Assembly: GCA_964016885.1 (NCBI GenBank) | Contig: OZ024741.1 | Coordinates: 233,492,001-233,556,000, forward strand | Direction: 5' to 3' | From: Eledone cirrhosa | Taxonomy: Eukaryota | Length of the DNA: 64,000 bases | Shown: positions 41,301 to 54,237 of the stretch, piece by piece | Position numbering within the stretch: position 1 is the first letter of the stretch | How the letters are laid out: every line of letters starts with the position of its first letter | Position numbers and translations under genes: made by a program | The notes under the pieces: generated by a model | The model's database searches: none | What the model was told of the DNA's origin: nothing | Seen by the model: only the letters and a program-made list of their open reading frames with translations

Positions 41301-44300
41301 GTGGTGGTAGAGGTGAGAGGACATCATGTGGACTGTGGTGGTAGAGGTGAGAGGACATTGTGTGGACTGTGGTGGTAGAGGTGAGAGGACATCATGTGGA
41401 CTGTGGTGGTGGTAGAGGTGAGAGGACATCATGTGGACTGTGGTGGTAGAGGTGAGAGGACATCATGTGGACTGTGGTGGTAGAGGTGAGAGGACATTAT
41501 GTGGACTGTGGTGGTAGAGGTGAGAGGACATCATGTGGACTGTGGTGGTAGAGGTGAGAGGACATCATGTGGACTGTGGTGGTAGAGGTGAGAGGACATT
41601 GTGTGGACTGTGGTGGTAGAGGTGAGAGGACATCATGTGGACTGTGGTGGTAGAGGTGAGAGGACATCATGTGGACTGTGGTGGTAGAGGTGAGAGGACA
41701 TCATGTGGAATGTGGTGGTAGAGGTGAGAGGACATTGTGTGGACTGTGGTGGTAGAGGTGAGAGGACATCATGTGGACTGTGGTGGTAGAGGTGAGAGGA
41801 CATCATGTGGACTGTGGTGGTAGAGGTGAGAGGACATCATGTGGACTGTGGTGGTAGAGGGGAGAGGACATCATGTGGACTGTGGTGGTGGTAGAGGTGA
41901 GAGGACATCATGTGGACTGTGGTGGTAGAGGTGAGAGGACATCATGTGGACTGTGGTGGTAGAGGTGAGAGGACATTGTGTGGACTGTGGTGGTAGAGGT
42001 GAGAGGACATCATGTGGACTGTGGTGGTAGAGGTGAGAGGACATCATGTGGACTGTGGTGGTACAGGTGAGAGGACATCATGTGGACTGTGGTGGTAGAG
42101 GTGAGAGGACATCATGTGGACTGTGGTGGTAGAGGTGAGAGGACATCATGTGATCTGTGGTGGTAGAGGTGAGAGGACATCATGTGGACTGTGGTGGTAG
42201 AGGTGAGAGGACATCATGTGGACTGTGGTGGTAGAGGTGAGAGGACATCATATGGACTGTGGTGGTGGTAGAGGTGAGAGGACATCATGTGGACTGTGGT
42301 GGTAGAGGTGAGAGGACATCATGTGGACTGTGGTGGTAGAGGTGAGAGGACATCATGTGATCTGTGGTGGTAGAGGTGAGAGGACATCATGTGATCTGTG
42401 GTGGTAGAGGTGAGAGGACATCATGTGGACTGTGGTGGTAGAATAGAGAGGACATCATGTGATCTGTGGTGGTAGAGGTGAGAGGACATCATGTGGACTG
42501 TGGTGGTAGAGGTGAGAGGACATCATGTGGACTGTGGTGGTGGTAGAGGTGAGAGGACATCATGTGGACTGTGGTGGTAGAGGTGAGAGGACATCATGTG
42601 GACTGTGGTGGTAGAGGTGAGAGGACATCATGTGGACTGTGGTGGTAGAGGTGAGAGGACATCATATGGACTGTGGTGGTGGTAGAGGTGAGAGGACATC
42701 ATGTGGACTGTGGTGGTAGAGGTGAGAGGACATCATGTGGACTGTGGTGGTAGAGGTGAGAGGACATTGTGTGGACTGTGGTGGTAGAGGTGAGAGGACA
42801 TCATGTGGACTGTGGTGGTAGAGGTGAGAGGACATTGTGTGGACTGTGGTGGTAGAGGTGAGAGGACATCATGTGGACTGTGGTGGTAGAGGTGAGAGGA
42901 CATCATGTGATCTGTGGTGGTAGAGGTGAGAGGACATCATGTGGACTGTGGTGGTAGAGGTGAGAGGACATCATGTGATCTGTGGTGGTAGAGGTGAGAG
43001 GACATTGTGTGGACTGTGGTGGTAGAGGTGAGAGGACATCATGTGGACTGTGGTGGTAGAATAGAGAGGACATCATGTGGACTGTGGTGGTAGAGGTGAG
43101 AGGACATCATGTGATCTGTGGTGGTAGAGGTGAGAGGACATCATGTGGACTGTGGTGGTGGTAGAGGTGAGAGGACATCATGTGGACTGTGGTGGTAGAG
43201 GTGAGAGGACATCATGTGGACTGTGGTGGTAGAGGTGAGAGGACATTGTGTGGACTGTGGTGGTAGAGGTGAGAGGACATCATGTGGACTGTGGTGGTAG
43301 AGGTGAGAGGACATCATGTGGACTGTGGTGGTAGAGGTGAGAGGACATCATGTGGACTGTGGTGGTGGTAGAGGTGAGAGGACATCATGTGGACTGTGGT
43401 GGTGGTAGAGGTGAGAGGACATCATGTGGACTGTGGTGGTAGAGGTGAGAGGACATCATGTGGACTGTGGTGGTAGAGGTGAGAGGACATTGTGTGGACT
43501 GTGGTGGTAGAGGTGAGAGGACATCATGTGGACTGTGGTGGTAGAGGTGAGAGGACATCATGTGGACTGTGGTGGTAGAGGTGAGAGGACATTGTGTGGA
43601 CTGTGGTGGTAGAGGTGAGAGGACATTGTGTGGACTGTGGTGGTAGAGGTGAGAGGACATCATGTGGACTGTGGTGGTAGAGGTGAGAGGACATCATGTG
43701 GACTGTGGTGGTAGAGTTGAGAGGACATCATGTGATCTGTGGTGGTAGAGGTGAGAGGACATTGTGTGGACTGTGGTGGTAGAGGTGAGAGGACATCATG
43801 TGGACTGTGGTGGTAGAGGTGAGAGGACATCATGTGGACTGTGGTGGTAGAGGTGAGAGGACATCATGTGGACTGTGGTGGTGGTAGAGGTGAGAGGACA
43901 TCATGTGGACTGTGGTGGTAGAGGTGAGAGGACATCATGTGGACTGTGGTGGTAGAGGTGAGAGGACATCATGTGGACTGTGGTGGTAGAGGTGAGAGGA
44001 CATCATGTGGACTGTGGTGGTAGAGGTGAGAGGACATCATGTGGACTGTGGTGGTAGAGGTGAGAGGACATTGTGTGGACTGTGGTGGTAGAGGTGAGAG
44101 GACATTGTGTGGACTGTGGTGGTAGAGGTGAGAGGACATCATGTGGACTGTGGTGGTGGTAGAGGTGAGAGGACATCATGTGGACTGTGGTGGTAGAGGT
44201 GAGAGGACATCATGTGGACTGTGGTGGTAGAGGTGAGAGGACATCATGTGGACTGTGGTGGTAGAGGTGAGAGGACATCATGTGGACTGTGGTGGTAGAG

Positions 44301-47300
44301 GTGAGAGGACATCATGTGGACTGTGGTGGTAGAGGTGAGAGGACATTGTGTGGACTGTGGTGGTAGAGGTGAGAGGACATCATGTGGACTGTGGTGGTAG
44401 AGGTGAGAGGACATCATGTGGACTGTGGTGGTAGAGGTGAGAGGACATCATGTGGACTGTGGTGGTAGAGGTGAGAGGACATTGTGTGGACTGTGGTGGT
44501 AGAGGTGAGAGGACATCATGTGGACTGTGGTGGTAGAGGTGAGAGGACATCATGTGGACTGTGGTGGTAGAGGTGAGAGGACATCATGTGGACTGTGGTG
44601 GTAGAGGGGAGAGGACATCATGTGGACTGTGGTGGTGGTAGAGGTGAGAGGACATCATGTGGACTGTGGTGGTAGAGGTGAGAGGACATCATGTGGACTG
44701 TGGTGGTAGAGGTGAGAGGACATTGTGTGGACTGTGGTGGTAGAGGTGAGAGGACATCATGTGGACTGTGGTGGTAGAGGTGAGAGGACATCATGTGGAC
44801 TGTGGTGGTAGAGGTGAGAGGACATCATGTGGACTGTGGTGGTAGAGGTGAGAGGACATTGTGTGGACTGTGGTGGTAGAGGTGAGAGGACATCATGTGG
44901 ACTGTGGTGGTAGAGGTGAGAGGACATCATGTGGACTGTGGTGGTAGAGGTGAGAGGACATTGTGTGGACTGTGGTGGTAGAGGTGAGAGGACATTGTGT
45001 GGACTGTGGTGGTAGAGGTGAGAGGACATTGTGTGGACTGTGGTGGTAGAGGTGAGAGGACATCATGTGGACTGTGGTGGTAGAGGTGAGAGGACATTGT
45101 GTGGACTGTGGTGGTAGAGGTGAGAGGACATCATGTGGACTGTGGTGGTAGAGGTGAGAGGACATCATGTGGACTGTGGTGGTAGAGGTGAGAGGACATC
45201 ATGTGGACTGTGGTGGTAGAGGTGAGAGGACATCATGTGGACTGTGGTGGTAGAGGTGAGAGGACATCATGTGGACTGTGGTGGTGGTAGAGGTGAGAGG
45301 ACATCATGTGGACTGTGGTGGTAGAGGTGAGAGGACATCATGTGGACTGTGGTGGTAGAGGTGAGAGGACATTGTGTGGACTGTGGTGGTAGAGGTGAGA
45401 GGACATCATGTGGACTGTGGTGGTAGAGGTGAGAGGACATCATGTGGACTGTGGTGGTAGAGGTGAGAGGACATCATGTGGACTGTGGTGGTAGAGGTGA
45501 GAGGACATCATGTGGACTGTGGTGGTAGAGGTGAGAGGACATCATGTGGACTGTGGTGGTGGTAGAGGTGAGAGGACATCATGTGGACTGTGGTGGTAGA
45601 GGTGAGAGGACATTGTGTGGACTGTGGTGGTAGAGGTGAGAGGACATCATATGGACTGTGGTGGTAGAGGTGAGAGGACATTGTGTGGACTGTGGTGGTA
45701 GAGGTGAGAGGACATCATGTGGACTGTGGTGGTAGAGGTGAGAGGACATCATGTGGACTGTGGTGGTAGAGGTGAGAGGACATCATGTGGACTGTGGTGG
45801 TAGAGGTGAGAGGACATTGTGTGGACTGTGGTGGTAGAGGTGAGAGGACATCATGTGGACTGTGGTGGTAGAGGTGAGAGGACATTGTGTGGACTGTGGT
45901 GGTAGAGGTGAGAGGACATTGTGTGGACTGTGGTGGTAGAGGTGAGAGGACATCATGTGGACTGTGGTGGTAGAGGTGAGAGGACATTGTGTGGACTGTG
46001 GTGGTAGAGGTGAGAGGACATCATGTGGACTGTGGTGGTAGAGGTGAGAGGACATTGTGTGGACTGTGGTGGTAGAGGTGAGAGGACATCATGTGGACTG
46101 TGGTGGTAGAGGTGAGAGGACATTGTGTGGACTGTGGTGGTAGAGGTGAGAGGACATCATGTGGACTGTGGTGGTAGAGGTGAGAGGACATCATGTGGAC
46201 TGTGGTGGTAGAGGTGAGAGGACATCATGTGGACTGTGGTGGTAGAATAGAGAGGACATCATGTGATCTGTGGTGGTAGAGGTGAGAGGACATCATGTGG
46301 ACTGTGGTGGTGGTAGAGGTGAGAGGACATCATGTGGACTGTGGTGGTAGAGGTGAGAGGACATCATGTGGACTGTGGTGGTAGAGGTGAGAGGACATCA
46401 TGTGGACTGTGGTGGTAGAGGTGAGAGGACATTGTGTGGACTGTGGTGGTAGAGGTGAGAGGACATTGTGTGGACTGTGGTGGTAGAGGTGAGAGGACAT
46501 CATGTGGACTGTGGTGGTAGAGGTGAGAGGACATTGTGTGGACTGTGGTGGTAGAGGTGAGAGGACATCATGTGAACTGTGGTGGTAGAGGTGAGAGGAC
46601 ATCATGTGGACTGTGGTGGTAGAATAGAGAGGACATCATGTGATCTGTGGTGGTAGAGGTGAGAGGACATCATGTGGACTGTGGTGGTAGAGGTGAGAGG
46701 ACATCATGTGGACTGTGGTGGTAGAGGTGAGAGGACATCATGTGGACTGTGGTGGTAGAGGTGAGAGGACACCATGTGGACTGTGGTGGTAGAGGTGAGA
46801 GGACATTGTGTGGACTGTGGTGGTAGAGGTGAGAGGACATTGTGTGGACTGTGGTGGTAGAGGTGAGAGGACATCATGTGGACTGTGGTGGTAGAGGTGA
46901 GAGGACATTGTGTGGACTGTGGTGGTAGAGGTGAGAGGACATCATGTGGACTGTGGTGGTAGAGGTGAGAGGACATCATGTGGACTGTGGTGGTAGAGGT
47001 GAGAGGACATCATGTGGACTGTGGTGGTAGAGGTGAGAGGACATCATGTGGACTGTGGTGGTAGAGGTGAGAGGACATTGTGTGGACTGTGGTGGTAGAG
47101 GTGAGAGGACATTGTGTGGACTGTGGTGGTAGAGGTGAGAGGACATCATGTGGACTGTGGTGGTAGAGGTGAGAGGACATCATGTGGACTGTGGTGGTAG
47201 AGGTGAGAGGACATCATGTGGACTGTGGTGGTAGAGGTGAGAGGACATCATGTGATCTGTGGTGGTAGAGGTGAGAGGACATCATGTGGACTCTGGTGGT

Positions 47301-47640
47301 AGAGGTGAGAGGACATTGTGTGGACTGTGGTGGTAGAATAGAGAGGACATCATGTGGACTGTGGTGGTAGAGGTGAGAGGACATTGTGTGGACTGTGGTG
47401 GTAGAGGTGAGAGGACATCATGTGATCTGTGGTGGTAGAGGTGAGAGGACATCATGTGGACTGTGGTGGTAGAGGTGAGAGGACATTGTGTGGACTGTGG
47501 TGGTAGAGGTGAAAGGACATTCTGAAGAAAGTTTTCCAAGCTTGCTTCTAACAGTGGAAAGAAAGAAAGAAAGAAAGGTATTTTGTGTTTGGAGTAAACA
47601 ATTTACTAAGTGAGAACTAGTTCTATCTTTATTATGACAG
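38337..47640 (+). mobile_element. Decayed mariner transposon split by an 8.5-kb satellite
   Basis: ITGDEMWMYRYHLETKAQSSLW and SKTKVMLTVFFDCQGIVHHEF precede the array; KDILKKVFQACF*QWKE follows it immediately. Confidence 0.75.
38982..47520. repeat. 34-bp satellite array, roughly 250 copies (GAGGACATCATGTGGACTGTGGTGGTAGAGGTGA)
   Basis: Directly visible, with 37-bp (+GGT) variants and a ~2.7-kb internal duplication. Confidence 0.98.
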
Positions 47641-47849
47641 GTGCTGGGTAAGTCATATGATGTTCCTCAGAGACTTGAAATATCACTTGACATTTTATGT
47701 TCCTGAGAAATATCTCCTGACTTACACTGATCAGTAATGTGAAGAATTTCATAAGAAAGAAAAGGAAGAGATGGAAATTTTACGTGGATATGACAGCCAG
47801 CAAGAGGGAATATGAACCTTAAAACTAGCCCAGACACCTGGTGATGCTA

Positions 47850-48545
47850 ACTAACAGACAACTGAATGCTAGGTGTGTTTTCACAACTCAGCTATGGTAA
47901 CAATTGACTAACTGACTTCCACTGCTGAGAGCCAGAGATATGTTTTCACTGCTCAGCTAAGGTGACACTGACTAACAGACTGCTGAGGGCCAGAGGTGTG
48001 TTTTCACTGCTCAGCTAAGGTGACACTGACTAACAGACTGCTGAGGGCCAGAGGTGTGTTTTCACTGCTCAGCTAAGGTGATGCAGACTAACAGACTGCT
48101 GAGGGCCAGAGGTGTGTTTTCACTGCTCAGCTAAGGTGACACAGACTAACAGACTGCTGAGAGCCAGAGATATGTTTTCACTGCTCAGCTAAGGTGACAC
48201 TGACTAACAGACTGCTGAGGGCCAGAGGTGTGTTTTCACTGCTCAGCTAAGGTGACACTGACTAACAGACTGCTGAGGGCCAGAGGTGTGTTTTCACTGC
48301 GCAGCTAAGGTGACACTGACTAACAGACTGCTGAGGGCCAGAGGTGTGTTTTCACTGCTCAACTAAGGTGACACTGACTAACAGACTGCTGAGGGCCAGA
48401 GGTGTGTTTTCACTGCTCAGCTAAGGTGACACAGACTAACAGTCAGCTGAGGGCCAGAGGTGTGTTTTCAGTGCTCAGCTAAGGTAACACTGAATAACAC
48501 ACTGCTGCCAGCTCAGGGCCAGAAGTGTGTTTTCACAGTTCTGCT
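47850..48545. repeat. 58-bp minisatellite, ~11 copies
   Basis: Unit ctgctgagggccagaggtgtgttttcactgctcagctaaggtgacactgactaacaga. Confidence 0.95.
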
Positions 48546-48908
48546 AATTTTTGTTTCAATGTTTGTGTAGCAGCTATAACCTCAGGCTTTTACAATTTTT
48601 TAAGTCTTTTTTTTTTATCCATCTCAACCACCCACCAGGCACTGCTCAAATACCCTTTTGGCAAGCCTGCCTCTGCAATCAAAACAAGTTAAATACTGCC
48701 GAATTTAGATTTGGTGAGCCCTCTAAGCTATATAATCGTTGTTTAAAAAATCCCACAAATTGAAAATATATGTATGATACATTTTAAATATGTGTGTATT
48801 CAATGTAGAACCCTTTCATATCGAAACAGATGACTAAATAGGTTGGTGTCAGAAAAGCATTTGCCTGTAAAATATTGCCTCAAAAAGAACCCCATGATGA
48901 GAATGAAA

Positions 48909-49136
48909 TTTACTTTAGCATTTAAACCGGCCATATACGGCCAGAATTCTCTCACCTCTTTCTGTTCAAACCATCCATAACCGGTTGCACCTACTGATGT
49001 TAAGGTATTGTTCACAAAATAAATAATATCAAAATTTCATAGATTTGATGTTATGTGAGATAATTATGTGAGGTAAAGCCTTTACCGTGAAAATATTATA
49101 TCATATATAGAGTAATGCAAATGCTAACGGGTTTAA
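48909..49136. mobile_element. piggyBac-type MITE
   Basis: Same family as 29818-30036, with degenerate ends. Confidence 0.75.
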
Positions 49137-49436
49137 ATACTTGCTGTTGTTGTTATTGTTGATGTTGTATTCTAAATTTTGTATGTAAACTGGTTGTGTA
49201 CCAGAGGGAGTTATCTATCAGGGTGACTTATACACAAACATATATGGCATATGTTTTTTAATAACTTCTGAGTCGCCTGCAAAGACTAAACTGTAGCTTG
49301 TTCAGATTATGGCTAAATCTAGCATTGGAGTTGAATAAAAAAAATCTGCAACCTAAAACCAAAAGTGGATCATCAGAATGTTCTACTATATGCCTATGGG
49401 AACTTCTATGTAATCACGTGTTCTAGAAAATCTCCC

Positions 49437-49567
49437 TTAACCTTTTAGCATTTAAATCGGCTGTATCCGGCCATAATTCCCTCACCTCTTTCTGTTCAAA
49501 CTGGAGGTAAAGCCTTTACTGTGAATATAATAGTAAATATAGAGTAATATAAATGCTAAAGGGTTAA
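49437..49567. mobile_element. piggyBac-type MITE, internally deleted
   Basis: TTAA-CCTTTTAGCATTT...AAATGCTAAAGGG-TTAA. Confidence 0.8.
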
Positions 49568-49719
49568 ATCGCATGCTACTCTCTTAAATAAGTAGCCCTA
49601 TAAAGCAGAAAACTATTGGTCCTCAAGTCACATGTGTAACTTTGCAGTTACCACTGGTAATCCGTGGCGGCCAAGATGTTTGAAGGTCACAGTCCAAAAC
49701 TGCCAGGTAGAAATCCAGG

Positions 49720-51050
49720 TCCAAATTATGATATTTAAATATAAGTTTAGAAAGGCCCTACAGGATGCATTTGATGAGAGAAGTGATGAGATAGACACTT
49801 ATGATTAGAGGACAACTGGAAATTCTTATGTGTCAACCTTTTGCAACTACTGATGAGACATGTAACTGGAGTAGAGCACCAGCCAAACAGAGGGTGACTT
49901 GGTGGTCGAACAGCTCAGTGGATAGAGCCATCAAAGCCAAGAGACAGGCTTGGAAAGACTGGAAAAATTGGGGTAGCAAAGACTGGTACCAGGTATCTAA
50001 GAGAAAAGCTAGATGATGGGTCAGAGAAAGGCAGAAGAAAGAAAGTTTACTAACGTTCTGAGACATGAGGATGAGAGATGTGAAGTGTTCTGCATTGCAA
50101 AGCATTGCAATGTGTCAGTGTGAATCATAATGTTGTTGGGGAAAAGTGAATTAGCAATGACACCGGTGCATTTAGCACCACTGACACTCAAAAGAAAGAG
50201 GCCTGGAAATGTTACTATGAGGGACAGATGAATGTAGAGAACAAATGGGAGGAAGAGAAACTACCCCAAACCCACCCAACAGAAGGGCCAGCCCTTAAAG
50301 TTGATAGGGTTAAAGAAGCAATCAAAGAGATGAAAAATGGTAAAGCTGCAAGACCATTAAAGATAGCTGCTGAGATGCTAAAAGCATCAGAAGTAGGAGT
50401 CAAACTTGTAACCTGCACAGTCAATCAGGCAATACAGGATGGTATCATATCCAATGACTGGTGCAGCAGTACAATTGTAAATTGCTAAAAGGGCAAAGGT
50501 GATGGACTAAATTATGAAAGTGATGGAAAAAGTTATAGTGCAATTAATTAGTGAAAGAGTCGAATTAGACAAAATGCAGTTTTGTTTCATGTCTGTGAAT
50601 AGTACTACAGATGCCCTCTTCTTAGTGAGGAACTACAAGTGAAGTTCTTAGTCAAAAATAAACCACCATATTTAGCTTTCTTTTGTCTAGAGAAAGCCTT
50701 TGACAGAGTACCCCAAATCTATTATCTGGTGGACCTTAAAGAATAGTTGATGAGAGCAATGCAAGCTATGTTCAGAGGAGCTGTCAGCAAAGTGAGAATA
50801 GGAAGTGAGTTTAGTGAGGAATTCAAGGTACAAGTAGGAGTTCATCAAGGTTTAGTTTGTGGTCCATTACTATTCATTATAACTATCCAGGCATAAACAG
50901 AGGAGTTTAAAATGGGCTGCCCATGAGAACTTCTCTATGCAGATGATCTGGCCCTAATAGCCAAATCCATTAAAGAACTATAAAATAAGTTCTAATTTGG
51001 GAAACAGAATTTAGAATCAAAAGGTTTATGAGTAAACTTAGCCAAAACTA
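49720..51050 (+). pseudogene. Older decayed RTE LINE segment (linker + RT)
   Basis: RVTWWSNS..AIKAKRQAWKDW, EGPALKV, KMQFCF, LEKAFDRVP, VGVHQG, LLYADDL; homologous to 18050-19450. Confidence 0.88.
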
Positions 51051-52234
51051 TAGAAGCAGACACTTGCCCAAGGTGTCATGCAGTGGGAGTGAACCCAAAA
51101 CCATGTAGTTTTGAAACAAACTGCTTAACCACATGGCCATGCCTACACCTGCCTATATGTGTGTATTTGTGTGTGCATGTGTGTGTGTGTCTGTCAGTCT
51201 GTGTGTGTATGTGTGTACACGCGTGTATATGTGAGTGTGTTTGTCCAGGTCTGTGTTTATTTATACTGTTTGTTTATGTCACATAACTTAATGGTTTACC
51301 AAATAAAGTCCGATAAATTTTAGTATCAAATTTTAAAATAAACCTAACCCCATGAAGGTTGTGCCTCAGTAAAGCTCAAGTGTATAGTTCAGGTACGTCT
51401 ATCAACATTAAGATCATAGTTAAATCCACTGGCAATGTAAACGTTTTTGTTAGTTTTAGAAAGTTTTTCCATCAGAATTTTTATGTACTCATTTAGAAAT
51501 ATAATTTCATTCATGCAATGATGGCCATGTATTAGCCCAGTTATGTCATTTATCACTTTATTTTTATTAATAATTTCAATAAAGAATGGTTCTAGCTCTT
51601 TAGATTTGTATATGTTGAGATCTGTTCTTGGTTTAAAGAGCAGTCATTTGCTCACTTACAACAGGACTCCTACTTTAATTGTTTCAGTTGGGGATTCCAT
51701 CAGCAGCAACAATAAAAGCAAAAACAGAGCAGCAGCAGCACCACCACCACCACAACAACAACAGCACCACCACCACAACAACAACAACAGCAGCAGTAGC
51801 AACAACAACAACATTGTCTTTCACCATTATCACATTTTATTATTATCAGTTAGACAATTCCTTGATTGATTTCTCTATTCCTGTGGCTTTAAATCATACT
51901 CGTTATCTCTAGATAGATTATGTGGGTTTTTATTTCATTTATTTTGTTTGTTTTGGGTGGTGTTTTGGCGGTGGGGGGGATAGGCAGACAATAATTTCAG
52001 TAACATCTATCATTCAGTATTCAGTAGAGGCAGCCATTATAACTACAATGGCATTTTATTTACCTCTTCTTGTTGGGTGATAATGCTGCATTCTATCAAA
52101 ACTTTGAATTTAGCCAAGTCACTCGTCTTTAGATATGAAAAAAATATAAACACACAGCATCACATTTTTAGAATGTGGGGTGGAGGCTTCTACAAATATA
52201 AGAAAAGAAGAAAAGAGATAGAGAAGGTATCCTG

Positions 52235-52296
<62 letters not shown>

Positions 52297-52317
52297 CAGG
52301 ATACCTTCTCTCTCTCT

Positions 52318-52352
<35 letters not shown>

Positions 52353-52514
52353 ATATGTTGAAAAGGTAACACACTAGAGAGAGATACAGTGCCTATCAAT
52401 AAAACGGGGAAAAACCACCAGTGTATAGAATCTATAACCTATGAAAGGCAGAGTATAGGCACGATAATTAAAAATATAAATTAAAGCGTAAATAAATACC
52501 TCTATAACTATATA

Positions 52515-52596
52515 ACACACGTACAAATCCAAATTGATCTGTTTCGCCAGTAAGTTGTTGACAGAAATGAAATAACCCAGGTTCATCAGCGTGTGT
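52515..52596 (-). ncRNA. Type I hammerhead ribozyme
   Basis: Minus strand: acacacg CTGATGA acc...ggc GAAA cagatc aatttg gatttg TA cgtgtgt. Perfect 7-bp stem I, 6-bp stem III, imperfect stem II. Confidence 0.75.
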
Positions 52597-53047
52597 AAGG
52601 CCATACATTTCAGACAACACTAAGAGAATTTTTAAAACGACCGTCCATCTACACGTGGGAAAGAAAAGTCACAGCGTATTTAAGGGCAGTGAACCAGTGG
52701 CCTCTGGGGGACGAGCTGCTAGAAAGGGCAGCCCAAAACCACTCAGAGAAGAGCTTTAAAGAGCTCAGGATTTCCTCTCGTTTGAGCACATTATTTACAG
52801 GCAACGGCAAGAGTCTATGGCTCCGTTAATGTATCGTGATATTTCGCTCCTTATAACAGTCTTTCCTCTGTCTTTCTGTTTGGTTGAGCACACTTCTCTG
52901 GGTGGTTTTGGGCTGCCCTTTCTAGCAGCTCGTCCCCCAGAGGCCACTGGTTCACTGCCCTTAAACACGCTGTGACTTCTCTCTCCCACGTGTAGATGGA
53001 CGGTCGCTTTAAAAATTCTCTTAGTGTTGTCTGAAATGTATGGTCTT

Positions 53048-53133
53048 ACACACGCTGATGAACCAACCTGGGTTATTTCATTTCTGTCAACAACTTACTG
53101 GCGAAACAGATCAATTTGGATTTGTACGTGTGT
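53048..53133 (+). ncRNA. Type I hammerhead ribozyme
   Basis: acacacg CTGATGA acca...tggc GAAA cagatcaatttggatttg TA cgtgtgt; predicted cleavage after GTA at 53126. Confidence 0.75.
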
Positions 53134-53384
53134 TATATAGTTATAGAGGTATTTATTTACGCTTTAATTTATATTTTTAATTATCGTGTCTATACTCTGC
53201 CTTTCATAGGTTATAGATTCCATACACTGGTGGTTTTTCCCTGTTTTATTGATAGCGCACTGTATCTCTCCCTAGTGTGTTACCTTTTCAACATATTGTA
53301 TTTTAAAGAGCTCAGGATTTCCTCTCCTTTGAGTACATTATTTACAGGGAACGGCGAGAGTCTATGGCTCCGTTAATGTCTCGT

Positions 53385-53426
<42 letters not shown>

Positions 53427-53470
53427 GTGAGGAATAACATGGTTGACAGTACAAACAAGGATATTTATTT

Positions 53471-53581
53471 ACAGTCTTACAATTGTTTCCATGATAGAAT
53501 TGTCTATAAATTGCTAAATACTGGAGACAGTATAACTCAATTTACAATACATCTAAGTTCAATCATTTCATCAGAAACTAT
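53471..53581 (-). ncRNA. Type I hammerhead in the PLE 3' pseudo-LTR (sense to the ORF)
   Basis: Reverse complement of 56875-56985. Confidence 0.75.
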
Positions 53582-54237
53582 TAAGAAATATAAAATATAT
53601 GCGTAACGGTAAATTTAAAAATTCAAATTACTACATCAATAATAGTATTAATGATGAAAAAATAAAGGAAGGGGGACAGATGGAAATGAGAGAGAAAGAA
53701 AGAAAATGACGAAAGAAGGAATGAAGATATAGTTAAATGTGTAACCGGCAAAAGTTACGAAATCAAACTATCACATCAAAATAAATATAATAATAAAGAT
53801 ATATACAGAAAGAGAGAAGGGGGGATATAGCATAGGCAAAGAGGAAGGATAAGTAAGGAAGATGAGAAAGAAATAGAGGAAGGTTAAGAGGGATGAGGAA
53901 GCATAGGGGTTAGAAAATAATCATGAATATGGGGATATGAAGAAGAAAGAAAATAAAATAAACATACATTACTATGTAAAATAGCTAGTTTGATATGTAT
54001 TATATTATAGGATAAAATGATCGAGATAAAATTAGTTTAAGTGGAGAAATACAAAGACAAATGGTGAAAGGTGTATATATATAAGATAATAAGTGATGTA
54101 ATTACAAATAAAAATAAAAATAATGATGTTAATACAAATGTTTTTAAGTTATTCTTACGTAATTATGAAATTTGTGATAATTTGATATCGTAATAAGTGC
54201 TAAAAGTATAAAAAGGAATGAGGAGTAGAAAATATAG

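Larger units (their letters stand above)
52348..53388. mobile_element. Non-coding PLE-like module: ~400-bp inverted repeat plus ~85-bp direct repeat, with one hammerhead on each strand
   Basis: 52348-52751 is the reverse complement of ~52890-53299. 52755-52842 is repeated at 53301-53388. Both ends abut (TA)n. Confidence 0.8.

Noticed and set aside
38982-47520. 34-37-bp repeats resembling a CRISPR array
   Set aside because: Head-to-tail monomers with no unique spacers, no cas genes and a eukaryotic context; the ORFs within are repeat artefacts.
47850-48545. 58-bp repeat as a hammerhead multimer or CRISPR array
   Set aside because: The minus strand has CTGAGCA-gt-GAAA but lacks the GA of the core and stem II; there are no spacers.
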